Shown: in pieces, positions 50,912-61,631 of the stretch | How the letters are laid out: every line of letters starts with the position of its first letter | Numbering within the stretch: position 1 is the first letter of the stretch | Source: Moniliella sp. 'wahieum' | Lineage: Eukaryota | DNA length: 64,000 nt | NCBI GenBank assembly: GCA_003971905.1 | Contig: RSEE01000067.1 | Coordinates: forward strand, 62,001 to 126,000 | Direction: 5' to 3' | Program-made: the position numbers and the translations under genes | The notes under the pieces: generated by a model | Seen by the model: the letters and a program-made list of their open reading frames with translations, nothing else | What the model was told of the DNA's origin: nothing | The model's database searches: none

Positions 50912-52212
50912 GCCAATCGGGCGCAGCAGGTATTAGGAGGTTTTCTGTCAGACTGGCCACGATGCAAGTTACCAGAGGTCACCTGGGAGTAAGATAACAT
51001 TGTGATGTTGTGGATGGCAATTGCGTACAGGGAGGCATCAGAATTTGGCCATCTCGCCTCCACGCCTCACGACCCCCTGCAGCTCAAACGAGCACGCGGG
51101 TAATGGGACGGAGGGTGGCCAGGTCATCGGAAGGCGACATCGACCGCGAAGGGAAGGGCCTTTGCTCCTCACTGCTTAAGGGCAGACGTACAAGAACCAA
51201 AGGATTCATCCTCTGCCCTGTAAGTTGTGGCTCAAAAATAGAGCTGGCCAGACTCGGAAGATAACTGTATGCACAGATTCTGCTGAGAATGGTCTTGGTT
51301 TGCAGACAGGGAGCCACCACACACGCCCTTTTATACCCTGCTCGTCCAAGTGCGCTGTGAAAAAAATGCTATGGCATGTCAAAATTGTGCACTAGGGTTG
51401 CTAGGGCCTCCCCAGCCTCCACATCCTTACCTCCACCAGTCAACTAGTCAAATACCGGAGTTTACAGCGTCGCTCGGGAGCACTATGGGCGGCATTGAGT
51501 GAGACCCGAGCTGAGGCACTGCACGCTCGCTGAGCGGCTGATCATCGATCATCGATCAGCGCGCTGAGCCGCTCCGCCTGGCCCGCTCTGAGCGGCTGAG
51601 CGCTGGCTAAGCGTTCTGAGCTTCAAAACGTGCAAAAGGCATGGAGATTATCGATTATCGGGGTGACATGTTCCACCTTACCGGCGGTTTAGCCGTAGGG
51701 AGGGGTTGCAGAAAAGCGAGATGAAGTTATGAAGCTTGAAGCTTGAAGCGAACAACAGCAGCGCGTGTCATGCACGTGGCCGGAGGGTGCGGCGCCTGCC
51801 ATCAAAAACATCTTCAGCTTGTGTTTGTTGAGGGATTCCTCATAGGGTGTTGCTAGCACTGATGTTGGAGCTTGAAGCTTCTAACCGTCGACACCGGTAC
51901 CATTTACAACGTTTTGCGGCGGGGGGGGTGGGGGCACTGCAGGGGCAACCCTTCGCCCCATGAAGCCACACCCGGGCATTACTGCAGCCGTGACATGAGT
52001 GACAGTCGATGGCCGGGATTGAATATTGACTTGATAACATCAGGTCGATTTACCACCGGTTACCACTTACGTCTAGGGCGTAGCTACAAGCTACGCGGAC
52101 AATCTGGATACGCTGAGGTCGACAGACCAATTGGCAAGGCAAGTACACATTAAGCACAGAGACATGGGGGAAAGCTGGAGGTATCGGGTCCAGAAAAAAA
52201 GGGGGGAGCCAA

Positions 52213-53801
52213 TTAGTGGTCAATGATGCTCAAGTTGCCCGAGATAAGCTGTTCTCGAGGACAGCGCCATCTGGAATGGCAATCGAGTTGCCCGTCGTGG
52301 CGACGATAATGACCGTACCGCGGAGAGAGGTGTTGCGACCAAAGGTCACGTCACCTGAAACGGTGAGGTGGTCCAGCTCAACCATCTCGGGGATGGACTT
52401 GAAGCGCTTCTGGAAATCAGACACCTTTTTAAACGTATCGCCCAGCTTGACCACCGGCGGCACATCCGCACCAAACTGTCGCCGCGGGTTGGCGATCAGG
52501 CGGCCGTGTTGAAGGGTGTAGAGGTCCGAGGTGATCAACAGCAGGTCTGACGTGCTCTTCACGGGCAAGAAGCGAGAACGCGGCACATTGACACCGATCG
52601 CACCACGGAAGTGCTTGATCGCCGCGCCAACAGCCGTCTCGAGCTGGATCACTGGCTCTCCCGAGGGCAAGGCCTTGTTGTTCACAATGATCTCCAGGTC
52701 CAGTTCCTCCTCATCCAGCACGCGCTTGACCGCCTTTAGATCGAGCCAAAGGTTGTTGGTGTTGAAGATGGAGAACTTGGACACACTCTTGAACTCGTCC
52801 ACGTGCTCCGAAGGAACTTGCGCCACCTCCAAAAGACGGATGGTGCCCTCATAGTCAATCAGCGTACCACCCTTGATGTCGGCCTTGGTCTTGTCAGTGA
52901 CCTCAGAGATGTACTCGGCACCCGAGTCGAGCATGTGCTGGAAGATGTTGAAGTCCACAACAGCACCGAGGTTGTCAACGTTGGAGACGAAAACGTGGGT
53001 CTTGCCGGCAGCAAGAAGACGGTCGAGCAAGCCCGAGTTGTTGAGGGCGTCGAACAAGTCGCCATGGCCGGGCGGGTACCAGAGGTTCTTGTCGGCCGTA
53101 GCGGAGCGCGGGCAAGGGAGGAGGCTCTCCTTGTTGACGCGGGGGTAGCGGCTCTGGTTGAAGGTAAGGATCTGGACATTGTGGTTCTCGTACTTTTGAA
53201 TAACGCGAGCAGTGTCATCGTCCGTGTTAAACGAGTTCATCAAGATAAACGGCACATTCACGTCGTACTGAGTGTTGAGGTGCTCAATCTGCCGCACCGA
53301 CAGGTCGAGGAAAGTCATGCCGTCCCGCACTTCAATCACACTCTTGGGACCCACGCACCCCATCGTCGTTCCCAAGCCACCGTTAAGCTTGAGCACAGCA
53401 AGTTTCGACAGGGAGGCACGCATGTCAGTGGGCGTGGCCAGCTTGGAGTAGGGAATGATCTGGTCGGCCGAGGGGGACTTGACCTTGCTCCAGTCGCTGT
53501 GGGATGGGAGGGGGGGGCGGCAAGTCAGTTACGATGAGGTAGGGGGGTGGAAGAATGCAGCGCAAGAGGTTGGAACGTACAGCTTCTCGCCCTTGGCCTT
53601 CTCGGCAAGATAGCGGTTGAAGAGGGTAAAGAAGCCGCTCATCTCGGCGTCAAACGCGCGGCGGGCAGCCGGGTCTTCGACGCCAGCAATCAGCTGGTTG
53701 AGCTCGTTGCGCATGGCCTTGCTGGCAATGCCAGTGGTGGCGCTCTGAAAGTCGATGTTGCTGGCACCACGGGTGCGGGGGTTGGGCTTGTCGAGAACCA
53801 T
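52213..53801 (-). CDS. UGP1: UTP--glucose-1-phosphate uridylyltransferase; intron about 53498-53579; single-base deletion near 52245
   Basis: [68 protein letters not shown], ending LSIIDH. Confidence 0.98.
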
Positions 53802-54289
53802 CGTGGAGGGAAGAGGGGCAGAGGCGGATGGCAGTGGGAGGGATAGCGAAAGGGAGAGCGGTGCGAGCAACCGGGAGGGGGGGGGGTCTTAAGGGGGCGG
53901 CGGATACTTCGCGTAGCACCCAGCCACCGGGCAATCTGGCACCGCGTCGGCGAGGGGGCAGTGTGAGACGCACGAACGGTTGCGCTGCTCGCCTGTCCGT
54001 GTGCTCGATCGCACCAAGTTTCAAACCCCCCGCGCCGACACTGGAGCTGTGCCTGCCGCCACTTCACGCACAGGGCATCCGCGACGTGCGGCACAGGGCG
54101 CCATGCGGGGCATGGCTGGATACTTCGGATCGGCGCATCAGCCCCATCAGCACCACGCCAAGAGTGACCCACTGCACCCGCCAACCCCACCATCTCCACC
54201 GTGGGTTTGACCAAGTCCACCACTTGGCCTTCTGCCAGTAGACCTGCCGGGCGCATCGTCTTCGCTTGCTGGCGTGTGGTTGCTGGGGG

Positions 54290-54467
54290 TCATCGATCAT
54301 CGATCATGATCATCGATCATCGATCTCATGTGGTCATCGACATCGGCACCGGGCTCACCGGCCACTATCACGAAGTCACTACCCAAGTCACTCACTACTC
54401 ACTAGTCACTAGTCAGACTCAGGCTTCAAGCTCTGCAAGCTTCAAGCTCTGCAAGCTTCAAGCTTCC
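54290..54467. repeat. Cluster of 7-nt-period TCA-N4 arrays upstream of UGP1
   Basis: TCA TCGA repeats (54290-54324); TCA CTAC TCA CTAG TCA CTAG TCA (54392-54415); TCA GGCT TCA AGCT ... (54419-54467). Confidence 0.85.
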
Positions 54468-55521
54468 AATCGCCAGTGCCAGTGAGAGCGACTTGCTGTT
54501 TCCTTCGACAACGGCAAAACGCGTTTCACCTGCACCGCTCGCCACACGCCAGCCACAGAGGAGGTGGAACCGTGGCACCATAGGGATCATCGATTATCCA
54601 ATGGCCACGTGCTGTTTGGCGCAGCGCAGCCCATCAGCTGTATCCTTTTGCATCCCGTTGTATCCTTTTGTGCCCTGCTGTATCAGACCTATCAGGCCCA
54701 AATCGTGGGCATTCATATTCATGCACATGCATCATGTCCTTGTGTGCGTCCTGTCGACTTGCGCACTGGCCCTAGGCCCCGCCATGCCATCTAGCGCATG
54801 TCCCATGTCGCTCGTTGCGCAACGGGCCTCGGGAGAGATCGCGTCGGGGGAGAAAGATAGGATCGGGCTGAGGTGCCCGGTGCAGGCTCGGAAACGCTGA
54901 GCCTCAGCCTTCAGTGAAGCTTCAGAGCCAGTTTCTGCATGCAACTGCATGATGCATGATGCATAAGATCAAGCCTTCCGATATGTGGGCCGCCACACTC
55001 ACCAGCTGCCAGATGCAAGTGCGCATTGGATATTGGCACCACTCCGTCTCCACAATCAGAAAGCATCGATCATTAATAAGGCCTAAGGACTAAGGCCTAA
55101 GGCAAGGGAGTCGTGGTAGGCACTGTGATACTTCAACGTCAGGCCTCAGACAGACCAATCAGGCGCACACAAGGGCACACTCGCTCACCTGACCTACTTC
55201 CACCCCACGCAAGAGTCACGATGGATTAAAAAGTCCCTCAAGCCCATCATATATGATCTCTGACTACTACCAAAATCGTATATGGATGTGCACACACCAA
55301 AAGAATGCGAAAAGGCAGATGCCATTTTTGAGGGGCAGAATGGGATAGCTGACGAACAAAGAGAAGGCAGGATGAGAGCAATGGTGGGGAGGAAAATGCC
55401 AGGGGTTGAGACACTGCTTCGAACGAAGGCAAAGCAAAGCGACAGGGAAAGAATGGGAGCCGATCGGAGACCACGCCCATAGGGAAGACAACGAGGGAAG
55501 GGACCAAGTCCGCATAGCCAT

Positions 55522-56130
55522 TTAACGGTAGCGGCGAAGCGAAAGTGTGTCGCGCTTCTTGATCGTAGCGTTTTTCCCGCCATGTTGAGTTTTGTTGAAG
55601 CGGTGGCCCTTGCCCAGGCCACGGGACTTCTTGCCCGTCGCGGTGAGGCCACGGGACTCGCGGTGCTTCTGGCCGACAATCCAGTTGATCCGTGCGTCAC
55701 GACGAATGGCCTTGTGCGAGGGGTCAACGGCAATCACCTCGTAGTACTTGTAGATGCCATCCTGGTTGATCCAGTACGAGTTGAGGATGCGCAAGTTGCC
55801 GCACTTTTTGCCCACGCGCTCTTCGGCGGTAGAACGGAGAGTGCGCTGGTACTTGAGGTGGTTGACACCCTGGTGCACAGGCTTGCCATACGTGATACCC
55901 TTGCTAACAGGCTTTTTGCGGTTACCACGGCGCACACGCACACGGTAAATGACGTAGCCCTGCTTGGCCTTGTAGCCAAGACGACGCGCCTTGTCCGGAC
56001 GCGAGGGGCGCGAGGCGCGGTGGATCGCGTTCAACTGTCGGTACTCCCAGCAGCGCAGCCGGAACAGCAGACGCAGCACATCCGACTGCTTGTTGTTGTA
56101 CAGCGTCTGAAGGTAAGTGTAGGCACCCAT
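55522..56130 (-). CDS. RPL15: 60S ribosomal protein eL15
   Basis: Intact 202-aa [33 protein letters not shown], ending LSLRRYR. Confidence 0.99.
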   Translation of the reverse strand: MGAYTYLQTLYNNKQSDVLRLLFRLRCWEYRQLNAIHRASRPSRPDKARRLGYKAKQGYVIYRVRVRRGNRKKPVSKGITYGKPVHQGVNHLKYQRTLRSTAEERVGKKCGNLRILNSYWINQDGIYKYYEVIAVDPSHKAIRRDARINWIVGQKHRESRGLTATGKKSRGLGKGHRFNKTQHGGKNATIKKRDTLSLRRYR

Positions 56131-56435
56131 CTTTGGTCGGTCAAAGGCGCGGCAGCGCGGCCCCTTTGTCCTGCTATCCCATCAATTGGACGCAGGGGTG
56201 GTGAAGCTGGCCAGGGGGCAACCCTAACCCGAAGCGGAGGGCCGCAGCGGTCAAGTGGGCGCCCCCGTGCCTCGCCCACCGGACCCAACCCTAGTTTAAT
56301 GTCCGCCCGCGAGTGGGTTGGGCGGTGGCAGCCCTGCACCGTAATCGATAATCGGAAAGCCAGCCAAGACGAGCAGGTAGGTAGGTGCCGGAGTAGCCGC
56401 CCAAGCCCGCGTCACGAGCTTCTCCCACCGCACCC
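56131..56435. promoter_or_regulatory. Bidirectional RPL15/RPL5 promoter with two AACCCTA motifs (56220, 56287)
   Basis: 305 nt between divergent ATGs; AACCCTAA and AACCCTAG present. Confidence 0.6.
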
Positions 56436-57332
56436 ATGGCGTTCGTCAAGCAAGTCAAGACGTCAGCCTACTTTTCCCGGTACCAGGTCAAGTACCGTCG
56501 GCGCCGTGAGGGCAAGACGGACTTTGCCGCCCGTCGGGCCCTGGTGACCCAAGCCAAGAACAAGTACAATGCGCCCAAGTACCGTCTCGTTGTCCGTTTC
56601 TCCAACAAGTACGTCACGGTGCAGATTGTGGCTGCCAAGATTCAAGGCGACATTGTGTTTGCCCATGCGCACTCCAAGGAGCTGCCCAAGTACGGCATCA
56701 ACCACGGTTTGTCCAACTGGACTGCTGCCTACGCCACGGGTCTCTTGGTAGCCCGTCGTGCTCTCAAGAAGCTTGGCCTTGACGAGAAGTACGAGGGTGT
56801 GGCCGAGCCAGATGGTGAGTTCACCGAGACTGAGGCCCTGGAGGAGGAGGGTGCCCCCCGCCCCTTCAAGGTTTTCCTTGACGTTGGTCTCAAGCGCACC
56901 TCGACCGGTTCGCGCGTGTTTGCCGCGATGAAGGGTGCTTCGGATGGTGGTCTCTTTGTGCCCCACTCGCCCAAGCGTTTCCCTGGCTACGATGCCGAGG
57001 AGAAAGAGCTGGACGCGGACGTGCTCCGTAACTACATCTTTGGTGGTCATGTGGCTGAGTTTATGGAGTCGCTTGAGGAGGAGGACGATGAACGCTTCAA
57101 GAAGCACTTTGCCTCCTACCTCGCCGATGACATTTCGTCGGATGACATTGAAGAGATCTACGAGAAGGCTTACGAGCAGATCCGGGAGAACCCCGACTTT
57201 GAGCCTACGAAGAAGGACGTGGAGCACTGGAAGAAGGAGTCGCTCAAGTTCAAGCAAGTTAAGCTCACCTACGAGCAGCGCAAGGAGCGCATCGCCGCCA
57301 AGAAGGCTGCGTTTGCGGCGGGCGAGCTCTAA
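56436..57332 (+). CDS. RPL5: 60S ribosomal protein uL18 (L5)
   Basis: Intact 298-aa ORF: MAFVKQVK..YFSRYQVKYRRRREGKTD, AAYATGLLVARR, LDVGL.RTSTG.RVF..MKGASDGG. Confidence 0.99.
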   Translation: MAFVKQVKTSAYFSRYQVKYRRRREGKTDFAARRALVTQAKNKYNAPKYRLVVRFSNKYVTVQIVAAKIQGDIVFAHAHSKELPKYGINHGLSNWTAAYATGLLVARRALKKLGLDEKYEGVAEPDGEFTETEALEEEGAPRPFKVFLDVGLKRTSTGSRVFAAMKGASDGGLFVPHSPKRFPGYDAEEKELDADVLRNYIFGGHVAEFMESLEEEDDERFKKHFASYLADDISSDDIEEIYEKAYEQIRENPDFEPTKKDVEHWKKESLKFKQVKLTYEQRKERIAAKKAAFAAGEL

Positions 57333-57681
57333 ACTCTCTCGTTCATGTACTGCATGTTTTACTCTCACTTCCTCTTCGCTTAGCGCCGATTGACTGGCGA
57401 CCAAAATTCAGTTCATTGACTCAAGGGATGTCTGTTGTGCGACCTGGAGAGCGAGACCTGTATAAGCAAGCAAGCTGCAAAAGCCCAGAAGCTCAGAAAG
57501 GGATAAACCACGCTATGTCAAAAGGCAAGGGCAACACCAAATGTCAGGTGGGGTAGAACACTGGATCGAGCCAAGTAGGTCCAAGGTTAAATGTCAAGGG
57601 TTCGAAAAAGAGAAGGGAGGTGGTTAGGGAGGTGAACGGATAACTGTTCCTGATGAAATGAGTGAGACCAAAACGGGGGGG

Positions 57682-59344
57682 TTACAGCACCCACGCCATC
57701 CCAGCCACCGAGGCCAGGAGGGTAGAGCCAAGCAAGATGACCTTCGACACGGCCGTACTGGACGCGGGCGACTTGGAGGCCGAGCTTCCGGCCTGGGTCT
57801 GGACCGAAGCCACGCCCTTGGACCCCGAGCCAACCGGCGACGAGAGACCCGAGCCCCAGTACACCTGTGTGCCAGTCGCGCCAGCATTCGCCGCCGAGGT
57901 AAGCCCGGGCCCAGGCACATTAATAGAAGAAGCAGCAGACCCTGCGCCAGAGGCCCCCGTCGCCGTCACATACGTCGCGGTCGTAGCAATCGTCTGGGCC
58001 GAGTCGCCGTTCTTGAGGTTGGCAAAGCCCACTTGCGGCGCCTGACCGTTTTGGCCTAGCTTGAATGCAGTAAAGTAGGACTTCATAAGCGAGTCACCGC
58101 AGATGAAACTCGGCATCGAAGGAGACGTGTCCATAGCGAACACCGCGCCCAGGCACATGGAGCCCGTGTTGTCAACGGCACCGGCATTAAAGTCATTGGG
58201 GTCGACCATGTACTGCTTCCGCCGCCGAAAGTGAATGAAAGCTTGACGGTTTCCTGGCAAGGGAAAACGTACATGCCCTGGTCTGGATTGCGTACGTACT
58301 GCTGCGAGTTGGGAATCGCTTGGTACAGCTGCGAAACTACCTGGGACGGAGCTCCAATGAGGGACGTGCCCGAATCCGCAATGGCCGTCTTGCCAGTGAA
58401 GGTAACCGTGTTACCACCATTGAGCTGCATGGCGTCAAGAGGGATCGCCCAGTAGCCAGTCTCCACCATGGAAGAGTCGACGCTGACCCAGTTGATGCTG
58501 CCCGAGTATTGGTTCGAGTCGAGTTCGCCAAGCGTAAACACGCCACCAGGCACCTGGGACGTGGCGGAGGTGGCTCGGGTGTTACGAGCAAGCTGGAGGC
58601 TAAACACTGGTGCCGAGAGCACGTTTTGTTTGGCAAGGACCTCCCAGAATGGAGTCACGCCAGCTGAGCTCAGCTCTTGCAGTCCAAGGCCCATCAGGCC
58701 CGACGCTGGCGCATCGAGAGTGCCGTCGGCCATGTCGGTAGCAAGGGCAAACGTCAGGTGCTGCACCGAGTAGTCAGCAAGACTGACGGTGTCAGAGACA
58801 AGGTGACCCTTGGTGGCACCCGAGCCATACGTGACAGAGAAGGGCGTGTTGGACGACTGGAAAGTGCTTGAAGCCGAGGTGGTGAACTTGGCAAGATGCT
58901 GCATGCATCGGTGGTGCACTCGTTGGAGGCGATCCAAAGGTCACCTGATGCGAGGTGTCAGTACGTACGACAGCGGCGGGGAAAAGCAACGTACTGGAGC
59001 CCGTGTCAAGCACTACGGCCAGCGTCTGGGCGGGGGTGCCGATGCCCACGGGGGCATAGTAGTACGAGTCGGTGCCAACATCGGTGAGGGCGGTGGTCTG
59101 GCGCTTGGAGGTCGAGGTGGCATTCTTGCCGCGTGTACTTGTTGCGGAGGTATTCCTGCTGGCCGCGGAAGTGAGCGAGGGTGGCGTCAATGCTGGCCTG
59201 GCCACGCTTGGCGTGGCGTTCGGCGTGGCGGTCGAACTTGTAGACCGGCAGCGAGAGGCGGCGGGGGGCTGCATCTGGAGCGGGCGCAGCGGACACGGCG
59301 ACCGAAGCGGTCAAGGAGGCAGCAGCAAACAAGGCGGCCAGCAT
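57682..59344 (-). CDS. Secreted pepsin-like (A1) aspartic protease with Ser/Thr-rich tail and probable GPI signal; intron about 58935-58992; frameshifted
   Basis: Signal peptide MLAALFAAASLTASVAVSA; catalytic LDTGS and ADSGTS; flap YGSG; ICGD; C-terminal hydrophobic KVILLGSTLLASVAGMAWVL. Confidence 0.93.
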
Positions 59345-60236
59345 GGCGAGGAGAGTGGGGGGGAGGGGTGGGGGGGGGGGTGGAGTGGGCGGGGAAGGCG
59401 CTTCGGGGGAGCGGAGTGGGACGCCGGCCGCCGCCTGGCTGGGGCGGGGGCGAGCGTAGGGGCGGGTGGGCGGCGAATTGCTGCGCACTGCCTTGCGCGC
59501 TCCAGACCCACACGAGTGTCTTACGTCATGCGTCATAAGGGCGGGCGCGCCGATCCCAGCACACGGCGGCACTGGTTGCGCTCAGCCAGCTCGGCCACCC
59601 GCCACCCTGTCGCCTGCTGCGCAGCACGCGGGGGCAGTGCGCCGCGGCGTCGCTGCGCCGATGCTCGATCTCAGATCTCACACGGGCCCCAGGCCGCGCT
59701 CGCCTGCCCATTAATTAAGCATCACACACTGCTGCCCGCCGATCAGCGATGGGCTTCAGCGGCCCAACCGCAGCAGCCCGGCAGCTCAAGAGTGCCCCAG
59801 TGCTCTGCCTCAGCCCCCCCGCGGGCTGGTTCGCATCGCCCTTTCTATGGCAGCTGCTCAGCGGTGTGCTGATCGATGATCCAGCCATGCGCAGAGCACA
59901 GGGGCAGTGTGCGGGCGGTGGAGGCCCCCCAGGCCACCGCCGCGCATCTGCTACGGCGTCTTGGGGTGGCACAGCCGAGAACCCTAGAATCTTGGCTGCC
60001 ACCGCGCTGGCCGCAGGGCGCAAGTGTTGTGGGCGAGTGCCGAGCCCCAGTGGTTCGCAGGGGCGCGGGGCGAGCCGGGGTGGCAGGCGGTGGCTGTGCA
60101 CCAGATGCCGAAGCTGACAAGCAGCGGCAAGAGAAGCGGCAAGCAAGCGCCGGCAAGCACTCGGCTGCTGCGGCCTGCTACGGAAGGGTGGGCTGCGCTC
60201 ACTAAAAACGTTAGTGACTGATCTTTCTCCTTCTGG

Positions 60237-60285
60237 GGTTCATCATCTCACGGTGTGGGTTCGAGCCCTACGAACGGCATTTTTT
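60237..60285 (+). tRNA. Isolated 3' half of a type-II (Leu-like) tRNA, probably a tRNA pseudogene fragment
   Basis: T-arm GTGGG-TTCGAGC-CCTAC (60255-60271), 7-nt acceptor strand GAACGGC, discriminator A, then a T6 Pol III-type terminator; no matching 5' half found upstream. Confidence 0.4.
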
Positions 60286-60592
60286 CTTTGGTGGTAATAG
60301 CTCTCCTATGTGGAATCGGCACCGGCTCGTTGTCGACTGGCAATAGCAGCCCTGAGTATCGCGACCATCAAATACAGTCTTTGATTCCATCGCAAGATCG
60401 ATGATCGACATGGGGGGGAGTAGTAGTAGGTCCAGCGTAAAATTGCATATGGCGGGGGGAGGGGGGGGGTGCATAAACATGGCGCAATTGTACATGGAAG
60501 CAATGGTATATCGTCGATGAGAATATTCAAAGTGGGGAAAGGGACCGGATGTAGGGCGACGAGGAGGGATTGATGTCAAAACAACAAAGAGT

Positions 60593-61631
60593 TCATGCCC
60601 CGTACCCGCCACGAACGGGGTAGGAACCATAATCAAACGACTGGACCCGTGGTGCTGGAGAGGCCGTGACCGTGCCATAGCGAGCACGGTAGTAGGCCAT
60701 TTCTTCGGCATCTTCTTCTTGTGGCTCGTATTGATCCAAAGCATAACTCGATTCATAGTATCCGCCACCTGATTCCTTCTCATACTCCCCCCGGGCTCGT
60801 CGTAGGGTTGTTTTTCCTGTTCCTGCGCCTCCACATCATCGGGTGCCGCAGGCGCATGATTCCCTCGCGCCCGCTCGGCACGCCAAGAAAGGAAAAATAG
60901 AACGGCAGTACAACTCATAGATACTGAAAGTGCTGGGTCAAGTGAAGCTCCTGTACAAAGGATGAAGGTTGAGACATACCAAGTAATAGCCACAGAAACG
61001 CTGTGGCGGCGCCCTTTGATCCACAAAAGCCACCCAGAGCCTTGACGTAGGCGTCGTGGTCAGCGACCTTGGCTGGGTCATCACCATGATGTTTGCATCC
61101 TTTGCTGGTACCGATCGAAATAGTTTGGGCCAGAGTGGTGATGGCGACAAGGGTAAGAGGGACGAGGCGGAAGATGAAGCCAGGGCGAGTGAGCCGGATG
61201 AAACTGCCGGCTTTGAGAATAGTGGAGGAGGTGCTGCGGATGGAGAGAATAGACAATGCAAGCAATGCCCGCAACTGGCCAAGGTAAAAAGCGAGATAAA
61301 GATGAGAAAGCCGCTGAGGCCACTAGGGCTTCCAAGCCACTTGTGCTGAAACGCAGCCAGGCAAGCTGCACAAATGAGCAAGATCAAACTGAACAGTATG
61401 CTCACAATGAGTGAAAGCAACTCCCATCGCGAGACATCCTGACATTTGAATAGGTTAGCCTCGGTCAAAGGTAGTGATGTAGTGTCGAAAGGGGAAGAGG
61501 TGGGAACATACCGCATGCGCATACGTTGGTTCAGCACTTGGCTGGCCTCCCATGATGCCGCCCGATGATGGTGGTGGGGGGATCTTTGTGGAGGAAGTCA
61601 TTTTTTCACCCCAAGAACGCATGTTAACCAT
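60593..61631 (-). CDS. Four-TM (MARVEL-like) membrane protein with acidic Tyr-rich tail; intron about 61440-61511; frameshifted
   Basis: Four hydrophobic segments (LLSLIVSILFSLILLICAACL; GFLIFISLFTL; LVAITTLAQTIS; after CGSK, ATAFLWLL..) plus GTATGT..GCTAAC..CAG introns. Confidence 0.6.

Noticed and set aside
59350..59470. G-quadruplex-like G-runs (also at 53870-53900, 30120, and C-runs at 9810-9860 and 22020-22060)
   Set aside because: They correspond to the C/T-rich 5' leaders and intron tracts typical of most genes here, and homopolymer lengths are unreliable in this assembly
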